Below are positions 10,070-17,939 of a stretch of 41,690 nt of DNA, in pieces. Made by a program: the position numbers and the translations under genes. This stretch comes from a virus (taxonomy: Duplodnaviria > Caudoviricetes): positions 1 to 41,690 of the IMG/VR virus record IMGVR_UViG_3300034052_000006, one strand, 5' to 3'. The notes beneath the pieces were generated by a model. The model saw only the letters and a list, made by a program, of their open reading frames with translations. It did not search any database and was not told the origin of the DNA. Numbering within the stretch: position 1 is the first letter of the stretch; each line of letters opens with the position of its first letter.

Positions 10070-10180
10070 ATCGATTATGTACCATTTCATACCCGCCAAA
10101 GCAAATCTTTTAATTGATTCATACTCTTAACATTCAAGCTATCATCTCCTACACTATTCTTTCTTAATAATAGATAAGAG
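10070..10180. promoter_or_regulatory. AT-rich tract upstream of the late operon (late promoter or packaging region)
   Basis: Abrupt AT-rich stretch between the divergent arms. I could not assign -35/-10 boxes unambiguously. Confidence 0.45.
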
Positions 10181-10409
10181 AGGGTGGAGGCACTAACTCG
10201 CGGGATAGGGTATGGGCGGCGGTGGCGTGGCGACCACCCTCCGTGCGGAGAAGTCACTCCCCCGTACCCTACCGGGATAGGGGAGCCAGGGTGTCTGCGC
10301 CCCTCGCCGCTCCGAGCCGCTGGTCTTTTTCTCTCGGCCATGGATGTCCCCATCCATACCATCCTGGAACCCGCGCCAATGCTGGGCTTAGCTGTGGGAG
10401 CCTTCATCT

Positions 10410-10425
10410 TGTCTTAATTAAGACA
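10410..10425. repeat. Palindrome TGTCTTAATTAAGACA, copy 1
   Basis: Exact copy, ~93 nt upstream of the first early ATG. Confidence 0.97.
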
Positions 10426-10518
10426 GAATATTTTTCTAAGGGTATGGCAAAGCTATCACCGAATCCTAGGTTGGATGTTGTCGGGGAATGGTCCCCGCAA
10501 TCACCCAAAGGAGCCAAC

Positions 10519-11133
10519 ATGGCTACCAAGCAGATCTCCTCTAATCCCAAAGGCCGCCTGGAAGGCCTGACCTTCCATGCGTTCGTCAAGGGCGGCAAGG
10601 CCCCCGAGTCCCTCTTCCTCAAGTACGATGCTCCCGAGGTCCAGGAAGCGCCGGAGGCCTTCCTCTCCGTGTGGGGCTCCGGCAAGAAGCCCGGGCGGAT
10701 CATCCCGGCCTTGATGGCGTGGGCGATGGACACCCTGGGCGCCGTGGAAGGCCGGAAGGCCATCACGAGCGGCGGCATCGTGTCCGTCATGCAGAGGGTC
10801 GAGGCCCTGCACCCTGACACCGAGGAAGCCCTCAAGGCCTCCAATGTCCGCAAGGCCTACTCCAAACTGGACCGGGCCGCTACTTCCAGCCTCTCCGGGT
10901 CCTGGAGCCTGGCTCGCAAGACCTGCGGACTGGCTCCCGAATCGAAGGGTGGCCCCGCGCTCTCCGGTGGGATGGTTCAGTCCTGGATGAAACGGCTGGG
11001 CGAAGGCGGGTTCTCTCCCACGGTCACCCGCGAAGTGCTGGAAGGCCTCGCGGCGGCTGCGCTCAAGGCCGCTGATGGCCTCCCGAAGGCCGCCAAGGGT
11101 AAGAAGGCCGCCAAGGCCGCCAAGGCCGCCTAG
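10519..11133 (+). CDS. First early protein, with Lys/Ala-rich histone-H1-like C-terminal tail
   Basis: The AAGGAG RBS before ATG 10519 favours this start over 10222. Ends KAAKGKKAAKAAKAA and has its own terminator. Confidence 0.8.
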   Translation: MATKQISSNPKGRLEGLTFHAFVKGGKAPESLFLKYDAPEVQEAPEAFLSVWGSGKKPGRIIPALMAWAMDTLGAVEGRKAITSGGIVSVMQRVEALHPDTEEALKASNVRKAYSKLDRAATSSLSGSWSLARKTCGLAPESKGGPALSGGMVQSWMKRLGEGGFSPTVTREVLEGLAAAALKAADGLPKAAKGKKAAKAAKAA

Positions 11134-11156
11134 CACCCTTGCCAGCCCCGGGAATC

Positions 11157-11180
11157 AGGCCCCGCGAGAGCGGGGCCTTT
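11157..11180 (+). terminator. Intrinsic terminator
   Basis: AGGCCCCGC-GAGA-GCGGGGCCT-TT with a GNRA loop and a short U tail. Confidence 0.7.
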
Positions 11181-11209
11181 CCCTATGTCCACTCCCCTTC
11201 CATTCCCCT

Positions 11210-11225
11210 TGTCTTAATTAAGACA
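11210..11225. repeat. Palindrome copy 2
   Basis: Exact copy between the terminator and the RBS of the 11243 gene. Confidence 0.97.
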
Positions 11226-11242
11226 CCCTCACGAGGTATCCC

Positions 11243-11626
11243 ATGGCCCACCGAGAGACAATCATCCCGGCCGCGAAGGCCGTCTATCAGATGGTTCCAT
11301 CCATCGTCCGGGATAGCCTGGACATTCCATCCAAGCTGGATCTTTGGACATCCTGCATCGTCTACGCTGAGGGTGTCTTCCAAGGATGCGGCGAAACGGC
11401 TGAAGAGTCTGCCAATGGTCCACAGGCCGGACGCTGGCTCCGCGCTCGGGCCATCATGCTTCGGACGCTGGTAGCCTCTGGCGTCAGTCCCATCCAGGCC
11501 GTCCCAATGGTAGATGGCGATCTGTACAGCGCCGCCGATGATGCGATCATGATGGAACTAAGCAAGCGCCCCATCACCGTCATCCCTCGTGTCTTCTGCC
11601 CTGAAGCCCGGCTTACCTTGTCTTAA
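11243..11626 (+). CDS. Hypothetical early protein
   Basis: 127 aa with a GAGGT RBS. The TAA stop lies inside palindrome copy 3. Confidence 0.7.
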   Translation: MAHRETIIPAAKAVYQMVPSIVRDSLDIPSKLDLWTSCIVYAEGVFQGCGETAEESANGPQAGRWLRARAIMLRTLVASGVSPIQAVPMVDGDLYSAADDAIMMELSKRPITVIPRVFCPEARLTLS

Positions 11627-11634
11627 TTAAGACA
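11619..11634. repeat. Palindrome copy 3
   Basis: Exact copy; supplies the TAA stop at 11624-11626. Confidence 0.97.
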
Positions 11635-11657
11635 TGGACGCGCTACCCTTCACCCTT

Positions 11658-11685
11658 AAGGCCATGGCTTCCGCCGTGGCCTTTT
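11658..11685 (+). terminator. Intrinsic terminator
   Basis: AAGGCCATGGC-TTCC-GCCGTGGCCTT-TT. Confidence 0.7.
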
Positions 11686-11749
11686 CGCACTTCGCAGTGT
11701 GGAGTGCGTCCCTCTATATCATCGTTCATCTACTGCGATGGAGGAACAA

Positions 11750-11950
11750 ATGAGCCTAACCCAGGCCATCAAGGCCAGGATCGCCCATGAACTGTCCGAA
11801 CCGATCCAGGACACGCCCGAATGGCTCCAACATCAGCTGGACATCCTCCGGGTGGAGGCGCTCCGGGAGGATGCCCGAAGGCGGGACTTCACCCGCTGGG
11901 AATTGAAGGTACTGGATTCCAGGATTAGTACCTCTTTTCTCCCCTATTGA
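11750..11950 (+). CDS. Small hypothetical protein (66 aa)
   Basis: GGAGG RBS before ATG 11750 (MSLTQAIKARIAHEL...). The stop overlaps the -35 box of the next promoter. Confidence 0.65.
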   Translation: MSLTQAIKARIAHELSEPIQDTPEWLQHQLDILRVEALREDARRRDFTRWELKVLDSRISTSFLPY

Positions 11951-11976
11951 CATTCGGTGTTATGCTGTGGTATCAT
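11947..11976 (+). promoter_or_regulatory. Sigma70-type promoter for the AAA-vWA/replication operon
   Basis: TTGACA (11947-52), 18-nt spacer, TATCAT (11971-76) with an extended -10 TGn. Confidence 0.8.
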
Positions 11977-12009
11977 TAAACAATGACGGCACAGGGCTTG
12001 AGCCGCTCA

Positions 12010-12025
12010 TGTCTTAATTAAGACA
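12010..12025. repeat. Palindrome copy 4
   Basis: Exact copy that extends to 18 bp (ATGT...ACAT). Lies ~30 nt downstream of the inferred transcription start. Confidence 0.97.
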
Positions 12026-12090
12026 TTGAGGAATCAGGACCAAACCACACCCTGGCGGCATGGAGCCGCCTAATCCTTTGGAGGTCTTCA

Positions 12091-13419
12091 ATGACCCTCT
12101 CCCACATCTACGCCGTCCTCACGACAGCGACCCTCACTCCCACCGAGATGGAGCTAACACCCGCTCCCATGGAGGACGGAGCCCTCAACCCGGTGCCCAA
12201 GGAGATCCGGGCTTCCATGAGCGGCATGGGCATCGCCGCCCTGCGGAACCTCGCCTCGTACTACCTGGGCAAGAGCCCCCGGTGGAGCAAGATGACGAAG
12301 CCGGAGGTCATCGCTGCCATGGAGGCTGGCATGATCCCGCCCATGGCCCCGGCGGCTCCCGTCATCATGGCGGCCCCTACGGCTGCTGCTCCGATCTGGA
12401 CCACTGGCCCCGCTGTGGGCGAGAACCAGGGCTACTCGGTGGACGCTGACGGCAACGCTCTCCCGCCCGTCCTGGGGGATGGGCTGGATGAGTTCTTCAC
12501 CGGGCTCTGGCAGCCTGGGCCGCCCAAGAGCAACCTGAGCGCCGCTCAAGTTGTAGAGGCCCGGCGTCACATCTGGGACGCTGGAGCCATCGACCTGATC
12601 GCTGCGACCTGGGGTGCCCAGGGCCATCTCGGCGGCCTGAAGCCGATGGTGCTGACGGGGGAGGCTGGGGACGGCAAGTCTGCCTCCTGGCGATCCTTCG
12701 CTTGGCGGACGAACCGCCAGTACATGAGGGTCAGCCTGGGCCTGGGGACGAACCAAGCCGACCTCATTGGTCGGTGGATAGTCAAAGATGGGGAACTCTT
12801 CTGGGTGGATGGGGTCTTCCCCAAGGCCGCCAAGGCTGGGGCTCTCCTCAACCTGGAGGAGATCGACAGTGCCAACGATGGCATCCTCGCCAGCGTCTAT
12901 TCGGCCCTGGAGCCCACGGGTGACCTTCTTCTCAAGGAGAAGGATGGGGAGGTTCTCCGCCCGGCCCCTGGCTTCTGGCCCCTGGCGACTGCCAACAGCT
13001 TCGGCTCCGGCGATGAGTCGGGGCGCTACACTCACTCCCAGACGATGAGCGGCGCGCTGCGCTCCCGGTTCTGGGGGCACAAGCTGACCCGTCCCTCGCA
13101 GCACACCCTCCACCGCATCCTGAGCAACTGGGGATGCCCGGAAACCGTGGCCGATCATGTCTCCAAGGCCATGGAAGGGCTCCGGTCCCTCGTCAAGGAT
13201 GGTGCCATCCAGTCCACTGGCTTCGGCACCCGTGAAGCCATCGGCTGGGCTCTGGCCTCCATGGCTCTGGGGGACTACAAGAAGGGCTTCATGGTGGAGT
13301 GCGGAACCAGCCTCAGCGAGGGTGAGTTCACCATCGCGTGGGAGACGGCTTCGCGCTTCGTGTCGCAGGAACAACTCAAGCTGGCCCTGGCGGCCACGAA
13401 GAAGGGCGGTGTCGCATGA
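12091..13419 (+). CDS. MoxR/CbbQ/NorQ-type AAA+ ATPase with N-terminal Rho_N/HeH-like domain
   Basis: Walker A GEAGDGKS, DLIG..., Walker B LLNLEEID, sensor LATAN, Arg finger ALRSRF, and a GTRE motif. The N-terminal segment MSGMGIAALRNLASYYLGKSPRWSKMTKPEVIAAM is Rho_N-like. Confidence 0.9.
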   Translation: MTLSHIYAVLTTATLTPTEMELTPAPMEDGALNPVPKEIRASMSGMGIAALRNLASYYLGKSPRWSKMTKPEVIAAMEAGMIPPMAPAAPVIMAAPTAAAPIWTTGPAVGENQGYSVDADGNALPPVLGDGLDEFFTGLWQPGPPKSNLSAAQVVEARRHIWDAGAIDLIAATWGAQGHLGGLKPMVLTGEAGDGKSASWRSFAWRTNRQYMRVSLGLGTNQADLIGRWIVKDGELFWVDGVFPKAAKAGALLNLEEIDSANDGILASVYSALEPTGDLLLKEKDGEVLRPAPGFWPLATANSFGSGDESGRYTHSQTMSGALRSRFWGHKLTRPSQHTLHRILSNWGCPETVADHVSKAMEGLRSLVKDGAIQSTGFGTREAIGWALASMALGDYKKGFMVECGTSLSEGEFTIAWETASRFVSQEQLKLALAATKKGGVA

Positions 13420-15560
13420 GCGAGATCAAAACCAAGCGGTACGGTGGAGGCCTGGACGCCTTCCAGGCTGTGGCTGTTGGCCGCGCCATCACCCGGGACC
13501 GGATCGCCGGGATGATCCCCGGGGAAGAGGGCTCTCAGAAGGCCAGCCTGGGGATCGATGATGGGGGACGGGCCATGCTCTGCCTCCCCGCTGACGAGGA
13601 TCTGCCCCCGGGCTGTGGGATCGAGGTCGCCAAGGGGCTCATGGACCACGAACTGGCCCATGGGCGGTACACCCGGAACTCCACCATCAGGAACCTGCTG
13701 AAGGTTTCACCGGAAGGCGGAGCCCTCGTGAACATCATGGAGGACGCCCGGGTGGAGGCCTCCATGAAGGCCGATCTCCCCGGCACCCATGACACTATCG
13801 CCGCTCTGAACCGCTACGGCGGCCAGAAGGTCATCAAGGCCATGCAGGACTATCAGGCCAAAGGCGGAGTCATCTCCGACTTCGGGCGGCTGTCCACAGC
13901 CCTGGCCCTGGTGCATACCGCGCCGGAGCATATCGGTGAAGCCCTGGGCGACAACCCCAAGCTGCGGGAGTTCTTCGACCACATCAAGCCGTTCGTGGAC
14001 AAGGCGACCAAGGCTGCCGACAGCACTCAGGTCGAGCGACTGGCCCGGAAAGCCTGTGAAACGCTTGGCCTGGGCTGGCTCAAGGACGAAGAGCCCCCGC
14101 CCCCGCCTGAACCTCGTGGGGGTGGCGGCAAGAAGGGCGAAGGTGACGGCAAGGACAAGGACAAGGGCGAAGGCGACAGCGACAAGGAAGACCCTGAAGC
14201 TGAAGCTGAGGGAGGCGGAGAAGGCGAAGGCGAACCGTCCGGTGACGAGGCTGGCGAAGAAGGGATCAAAGGTTATGACCCCGGCGGCGGGGCGGATACC
14301 TTCAGCCCGTCAAAACTCACCGAGGAAGCCCTCAAGGACGCTTTCGCCAAGTCTGAGAAGGAAGCCAAGCTGGAACTTGCCAAGGCTTCGCTTGAAGCCA
14401 AGGCATCCAGCCTCTATGAGCCCATCTACAAGATCGCGCCCTCTTCCGGGAGGCACGACAAGGAGTACACCATCGGCCTTCGGGACTCCCACCGTGGCGA
14501 ATACAAGGACCTGACCGACAAGACCCTGCCTGTGGTCGCTGGGCTGAGGGCTTCCCTCAGGACGGCCCTGCTGGCGAAGACCCGGGACAAGATCATCCGG
14601 TCCCAGGAAGAGGGCGACATCGATGAGGGTATGCTGTATGCCCTGGCGACCAAGACCTCAGATCGTGTCTTTGCTAAGACAGTCCATGGCATCAAGACCA
14701 GCACCATCGTCACGCTGCTGGTGGACTGCTCTGGGTCCATGCACGGTAGCTCCATGGACAGGGCGACATTGGCTGCCACCGCATTGGCTGAGTCCCTCTA
14801 TGGGATCAGGGGCGTGGACTTCGAGGTTCTGGGGTTCACGACAGGCAGCTACCACGATGGCACCACTCGGTCAGCCTCCTCGAAAGCGGTAGACCCTTCA
14901 GAGTGGTTCAAGCGCATGAAGGAGATGACAGACCGGGCTGAGGCTGAAGCTCTCGCTGATCCCGAGAAGATGGCGGAACACCTGTCCCCAGAGGCACTCA
15001 CTTCCCTTGGGGTGGAGGGGACTTGGCACCGCACCGAGTCTCTCCTGCACATTGTCGCCGTCCCCTTCGGAACGAAGGACAAGCGGGAGTTGGCGTGCAT
15101 CGCGGGGCTCTACGCTTCCTCGAATAACCATGATGGCGAGGCCGTCCGCTGGGCGGCCCGTAGGTCGCTGGAGAGGAAGGCTGACAGGCGCATCCTCATC
15201 GTCATCAGCGATGGATACCCCGCTGGTTCCTATGACAAGTCGGACTCCGGCAGGATGAGCGGTGTCGTGCCCAAGTGGTACAAATCGGAAAGGGAGAGGA
15301 GCTACGAGAAGTTCGGCGATATGGGTCGTGGGACACAGCCCAACTATGTGGACCTGAAGTCCGCCATCAAGGTGGCCCGCGATCATGGAGTCGAAGTCTA
15401 CGGCATCGGCATCACGGGTGCTACCAGCGCGATCTATGAGTTCTACGGGGAGAAGAACGCGGTCGGCTTGACTGACAGCCGCGATCTCCCATCATGCTTG
15501 GTGGGGGAACTCAAGACCCTCTTAATCACTGGAGGCAGTCATGCCACGCGGGGACGGTAG
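13416..15560 (+). CDS. vWA-domain protein (CobT-like) with N-terminal HExxH zincin-like domain
   Basis: ATG 13416 overlaps the AAA stop (ATGA). Motifs: DHELAH...NIMEDARVE, an acidic Gly-rich linker, MIDAS LLVDCSGSM, HDGEAV and ILIVISDGYP. Confidence 0.9.
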   Translation: MSEIKTKRYGGGLDAFQAVAVGRAITRDRIAGMIPGEEGSQKASLGIDDGGRAMLCLPADEDLPPGCGIEVAKGLMDHELAHGRYTRNSTIRNLLKVSPEGGALVNIMEDARVEASMKADLPGTHDTIAALNRYGGQKVIKAMQDYQAKGGVISDFGRLSTALALVHTAPEHIGEALGDNPKLREFFDHIKPFVDKATKAADSTQVERLARKACETLGLGWLKDEEPPPPPEPRGGGGKKGEGDGKDKDKGEGDSDKEDPEAEAEGGGEGEGEPSGDEAGEEGIKGYDPGGGADTFSPSKLTEEALKDAFAKSEKEAKLELAKASLEAKASSLYEPIYKIAPSSGRHDKEYTIGLRDSHRGEYKDLTDKTLPVVAGLRASLRTALLAKTRDKIIRSQEEGDIDEGMLYALATKTSDRVFAKTVHGIKTSTIVTLLVDCSGSMHGSSMDRATLAATALAESLYGIRGVDFEVLGFTTGSYHDGTTRSASSKAVDPSEWFKRMKEMTDRAEAEALADPEKMAEHLSPEALTSLGVEGTWHRTESLLHIVAVPFGTKDKRELACIAGLYASSNNHDGEAVRWAARRSLERKADRRILIVISDGYPAGSYDKSDSGRMSGVVPKWYKSERERSYEKFGDMGRGTQPNYVDLKSAIKVARDHGVEVYGIGITGATSAIYEFYGEKNAVGLTDSRDLPSCLVGELKTLLITGGSHATRGR

Positions 15561-15819
15561 GGCCAACGGAAGCATCCTCTATGTCAGACCCAAGGTGCTT
15601 CGGCGAAGGGCCAGTCTGGCCTACTCCGCCAAGATCCTCCTCCGCACGGAGCGGGGCGTGAACTTCACGCTCTACGGGGAGCCGATGTCCCTGTCCGGTG
15701 ACCCGGAGCTTGACCGTAGGCTGGAGGAGACGAGGCTCCAGGCAATCGAAGCGTGCAACGACTACATCATCACCCTCAAGGAAGCGCGGGAAATGCCTTC
15801 CGAAGAGGACGAGTCTTAA
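15541..15819 (+). CDS. Hypothetical protein (92 aa)
   Basis: GGAGG RBS; overlaps the vWA end. The TAA stop lies inside palindrome copy 5. Confidence 0.65.
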   Translation: MPRGDGRANGSILYVRPKVLRRRASLAYSAKILLRTERGVNFTLYGEPMSLSGDPELDRRLEETRLQAIEACNDYIITLKEAREMPSEEDES

Positions 15820-15826
15820 TTAAGAC
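15813..15826. repeat. Palindrome copy 5 (14-bp core, 15/16 match)
   Basis: aGTCTTAATTAAGACA; supplies the TAA stop at 15817-15819. Confidence 0.95.
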
Positions 15827-15847
15827 ACTCCCGCCAAGCGAGGTAGC

Positions 15848-16018
15848 ATGACGCTCCCGAAGTGGCTGTCCAAACTGTCTGTCTCTTTCCGATGGAACAA
15901 CCTGGACACAGGCCGCTCCGTGAGCGTCAGCCTCGCATCTCTGAAAGCACTCTTCAACCTGGGCACGAAGACGCTGAAGCGTCAGCCCCCTCCCACAGGA
16001 GAACACCATGAGCAATAA
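15848..16018 (+). CDS. Small hypothetical protein (56 aa, below the track cutoff)
   Basis: GAGGT RBS, MTLPKWLSKLSVSFRWNNLDTGRS...HEQ*. Fills the gap and overlaps the next start. Confidence 0.55.
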   Translation: MTLPKWLSKLSVSFRWNNLDTGRSVSVSLASLKALFNLGTKTLKRQPPPTGEHHEQ

Positions 16019-16826
16019 CATCACCCTCTCCAAGGAAGACATCACCCTCACCATCGACATGAAAGACCCGGACGGCCTGGGTGCCGTGGTCCTCAAGGCC
16101 AGCGAACTGCTGATCCAGCGTACCGCTGAACAGAACAGGGCCTGGTACTGGGGCCGGGTCATCATCCCCATCGGGGTGGCCGCGCTCACGACCATCCTCA
16201 TCGCCATCGTCATGAAGGCTGGCTGGGTGGTGTACCTCGCGCCGACCTTGGCCTTGGTCGCTTGTGCCTACACCCTCAACCGCATGGTCCACCGTCACGC
16301 TCATTCCGCTGGCGAGACGGGTGCGCTGATGGAGAGCGTGAAAGAAGCCCTCGACAACTACAAGGTTGGCTTCCTGCTCAACCGCTTCCACCAGTACCGC
16401 GAAGAGACTGGCTTGCCGATTGGCCCGTCCATGTTCATGAATATGCTGCTCAGGGCTGACATCGATAGGGACATGGCGGGAAAGGCCAGCCATCTTCTCG
16501 GCAGCTTCATCTGGCCCGAGGCTGACCACAACGGTTTCAAGATGGCGATGCTGGAGGGCGAAGAGACGAAGGCCTACGCCGAGAAGCATGGGGTTGATGA
16601 CCTCGCCTCCAAGACCCACGACATCATCCTGTCCTGCAACTCCGCCTTCAACGCGGATCTGCTGGCTCTGTCCTCCGCCAGAGAAGCCATCAGCGCCCAG
16701 TACCCTGACAAGTACTGGATCAAGCTCCTGATTGACGGCCCTATCCCTGCCCCTGATGGCAAGGATCTCTCCGAGTACAAGGAACTTCACGACAAGTTCA
16801 GGGCTATCTCCATCTCGCTGAACTAG
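16008..16826 (+). CDS. Membrane protein with two predicted TM helices
   Basis: AGGAG RBS. Hydrophobic stretches VIIPIGVAALTTILIAIVM and WVVYLAPTLALVACAYTL, followed by a soluble helical domain. Confidence 0.75.
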   Translation: MSNNITLSKEDITLTIDMKDPDGLGAVVLKASELLIQRTAEQNRAWYWGRVIIPIGVAALTTILIAIVMKAGWVVYLAPTLALVACAYTLNRMVHRHAHSAGETGALMESVKEALDNYKVGFLLNRFHQYREETGLPIGPSMFMNMLLRADIDRDMAGKASHLLGSFIWPEADHNGFKMAMLEGEETKAYAEKHGVDDLASKTHDIILSCNSAFNADLLALSSAREAISAQYPDKYWIKLLIDGPIPAPDGKDLSEYKELHDKFRAISISLN

Positions 16827-16836
16827 GGGAGTCGGT

Positions 16837-17571
16837 GTGACAACCCTCCCCGCCAAGCAAGTCTATGCCCTGCTCAGGACGGCGGCTGCCTTCTCGCGGA
16901 GCGCCGAAGGGAAGAGGCTTCTGGCTGAGGTACCTTCCGAGTTGGTGTCTGAAGTGAACCACTTCATGCGCCAACCCGGAAGTGACCTTGCGATCCTTGC
17001 CCTGTGTTCGGTAGCCCTGAACTCAAGGCCTTTCCTAACACCGAATGGCGAGAGTCACCCACCCCTGCCTTTCCTTGATGCCATCCCTGACGGACCCCCT
17101 CCCCTTCTATTAGATAAAGTATCATCTTCTAATAGTGAGACTCTTAATACCCATACTTCTAATGGTCTTTGCTTAAAGCCAATGCTTTCTGGTGATTCAA
17201 AAGCACATGGTATTCTTTTGGGTAAGAGAGAAAGATCAAGGTCAAAAGAAACAAGTACCTTTTACAGTGAGGGTGAGGACCAACAGGCGACCATGATGGC
17301 GCTGCTCTCAAGCCGGGACTCGGTGTATGCCATGTCCCCGAACACAATCCTGGGCGAGGCGGCTTCCAGGTTCTGGAAGATCGCCAACCTCTGGCCCGTA
17401 GCCAAGAGGCCCATGATCCGCCGGGCCTCCCTGCTGTACCGCTCCTTCGTGGAGGAGCAGCAAGATGAAGTCAAGATACTCAGGACTGCCGCTGAGTATG
17501 TCGAGGAGACGGACCCAAAGTACCTCAAGCGGTTCGACCTCTGGCTAGAACAACAGCCTTGGCAGGGCTAG
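16837..17571 (+). CDS. Putative replication initiator (replisome organizer)
   Basis: The C-terminus FWKIANLWP..KR...AAEYVEETDPKYLKRFDLWLEQQPW resembles the FW..YP.K...KYI.HP.TWLNQ.RW end of phage initiators. The central linker is encoded by AT-rich repeated DNA. Confidence 0.65.
   Translation: MTTLPAKQVYALLRTAAAFSRSAEGKRLLAEVPSELVSEVNHFMRQPGSDLAILALCSVALNSRPFLTPNGESHPPLPFLDAIPDGPPPLLLDKVSSSNSETLNTHTSNGLCLKPMLSGDSKAHGILLGKRERSRSKETSTFYSEGEDQQATMMALLSSRDSVYAMSPNTILGEAASRFWKIANLWPVAKRPMIRRASLLYRSFVEEQQDEVKILRTAAEYVEETDPKYLKRFDLWLEQQPWQG
17100..17270. promoter_or_regulatory. Putative replication origin within the initiator gene
   Basis: AT-rich island with iteron-like CTTCTAWTRG at 17104, 17126 and 17156, followed by an A-rich tract. 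Confidence 0.55.
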
Positions 17572-17603
17572 AAGGCCCCTAGAAGGGGCGGAAAGGGTTT
17601 GCC

Positions 17604-17930
17604 ATGACCGATGACCTTGATGACCCGCCGGGAGGCGTTCTAGGCCCCATTGCGCCCAAGAAACGCTGGGCTGTGACCCGGGTGAAGGCACCCCTCAGGA
17701 AAGAGTGGAACGCTAACCCGATCTTCAAGGGGCAGGATAGCTGGTGCCCGAAGTGCGAACTCTGTGGGTACCGGGACTACCCGATCAACATGATGGATGG
17801 GCTGTGCTTTTCGTGCCACCTACACACGACCAACCCTGAGGAGTACGCTGCCTTCTGGGCTGGCTTCGATGCTGGCCGTGACCCCGACAAGGCGAAGAAG
17901 GAACGGATCAACAAGCTGGACTTTGACTAG
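17604..17930 (+). CDS. Cys-rich (Zn-binding) hypothetical protein
   Basis: CPKCELCG...CFSCH motifs; directly after the initiator. Confidence 0.65.
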   Translation: MTDDLDDPPGGVLGPIAPKKRWAVTRVKAPLRKEWNANPIFKGQDSWCPKCELCGYRDYPINMMDGLCFSCHLHTTNPEEYAAFWAGFDAGRDPDKAKKERINKLDFD

Positions 17931-17939
17931 GAGACAGCG

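Noticed and set aside
10200-10285. tRNA gene in the multi-stem intergenic element
   Set aside because: There is no T-loop GTTCRA, D-loop consensus or 7-nt anticodon loop.
10222-10518. N-terminal extension of the first early ORF (track start 10222), and ORFs 10087-10407 and 10184-10417
   Set aside because: They run through structured regulatory DNA with atypical codons. The strong RBS is at 10519.
13338-13415. Upstream starts given by the track for vWA (13338), YqaJ (19409), SSB (22210) and the 18177 ORF
   Set aside because: They overlap upstream genes extensively. Coupled starts at 13416, 19598, 22324 and 18279 fit better.
12091-15560. cobS/cobT cobalamin auxiliary metabolic genes
   Set aside because: There is no cobN or other B12 gene. 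The Rho_N-like fusion and HExxH domain fit a generic MoxR-vWA system.
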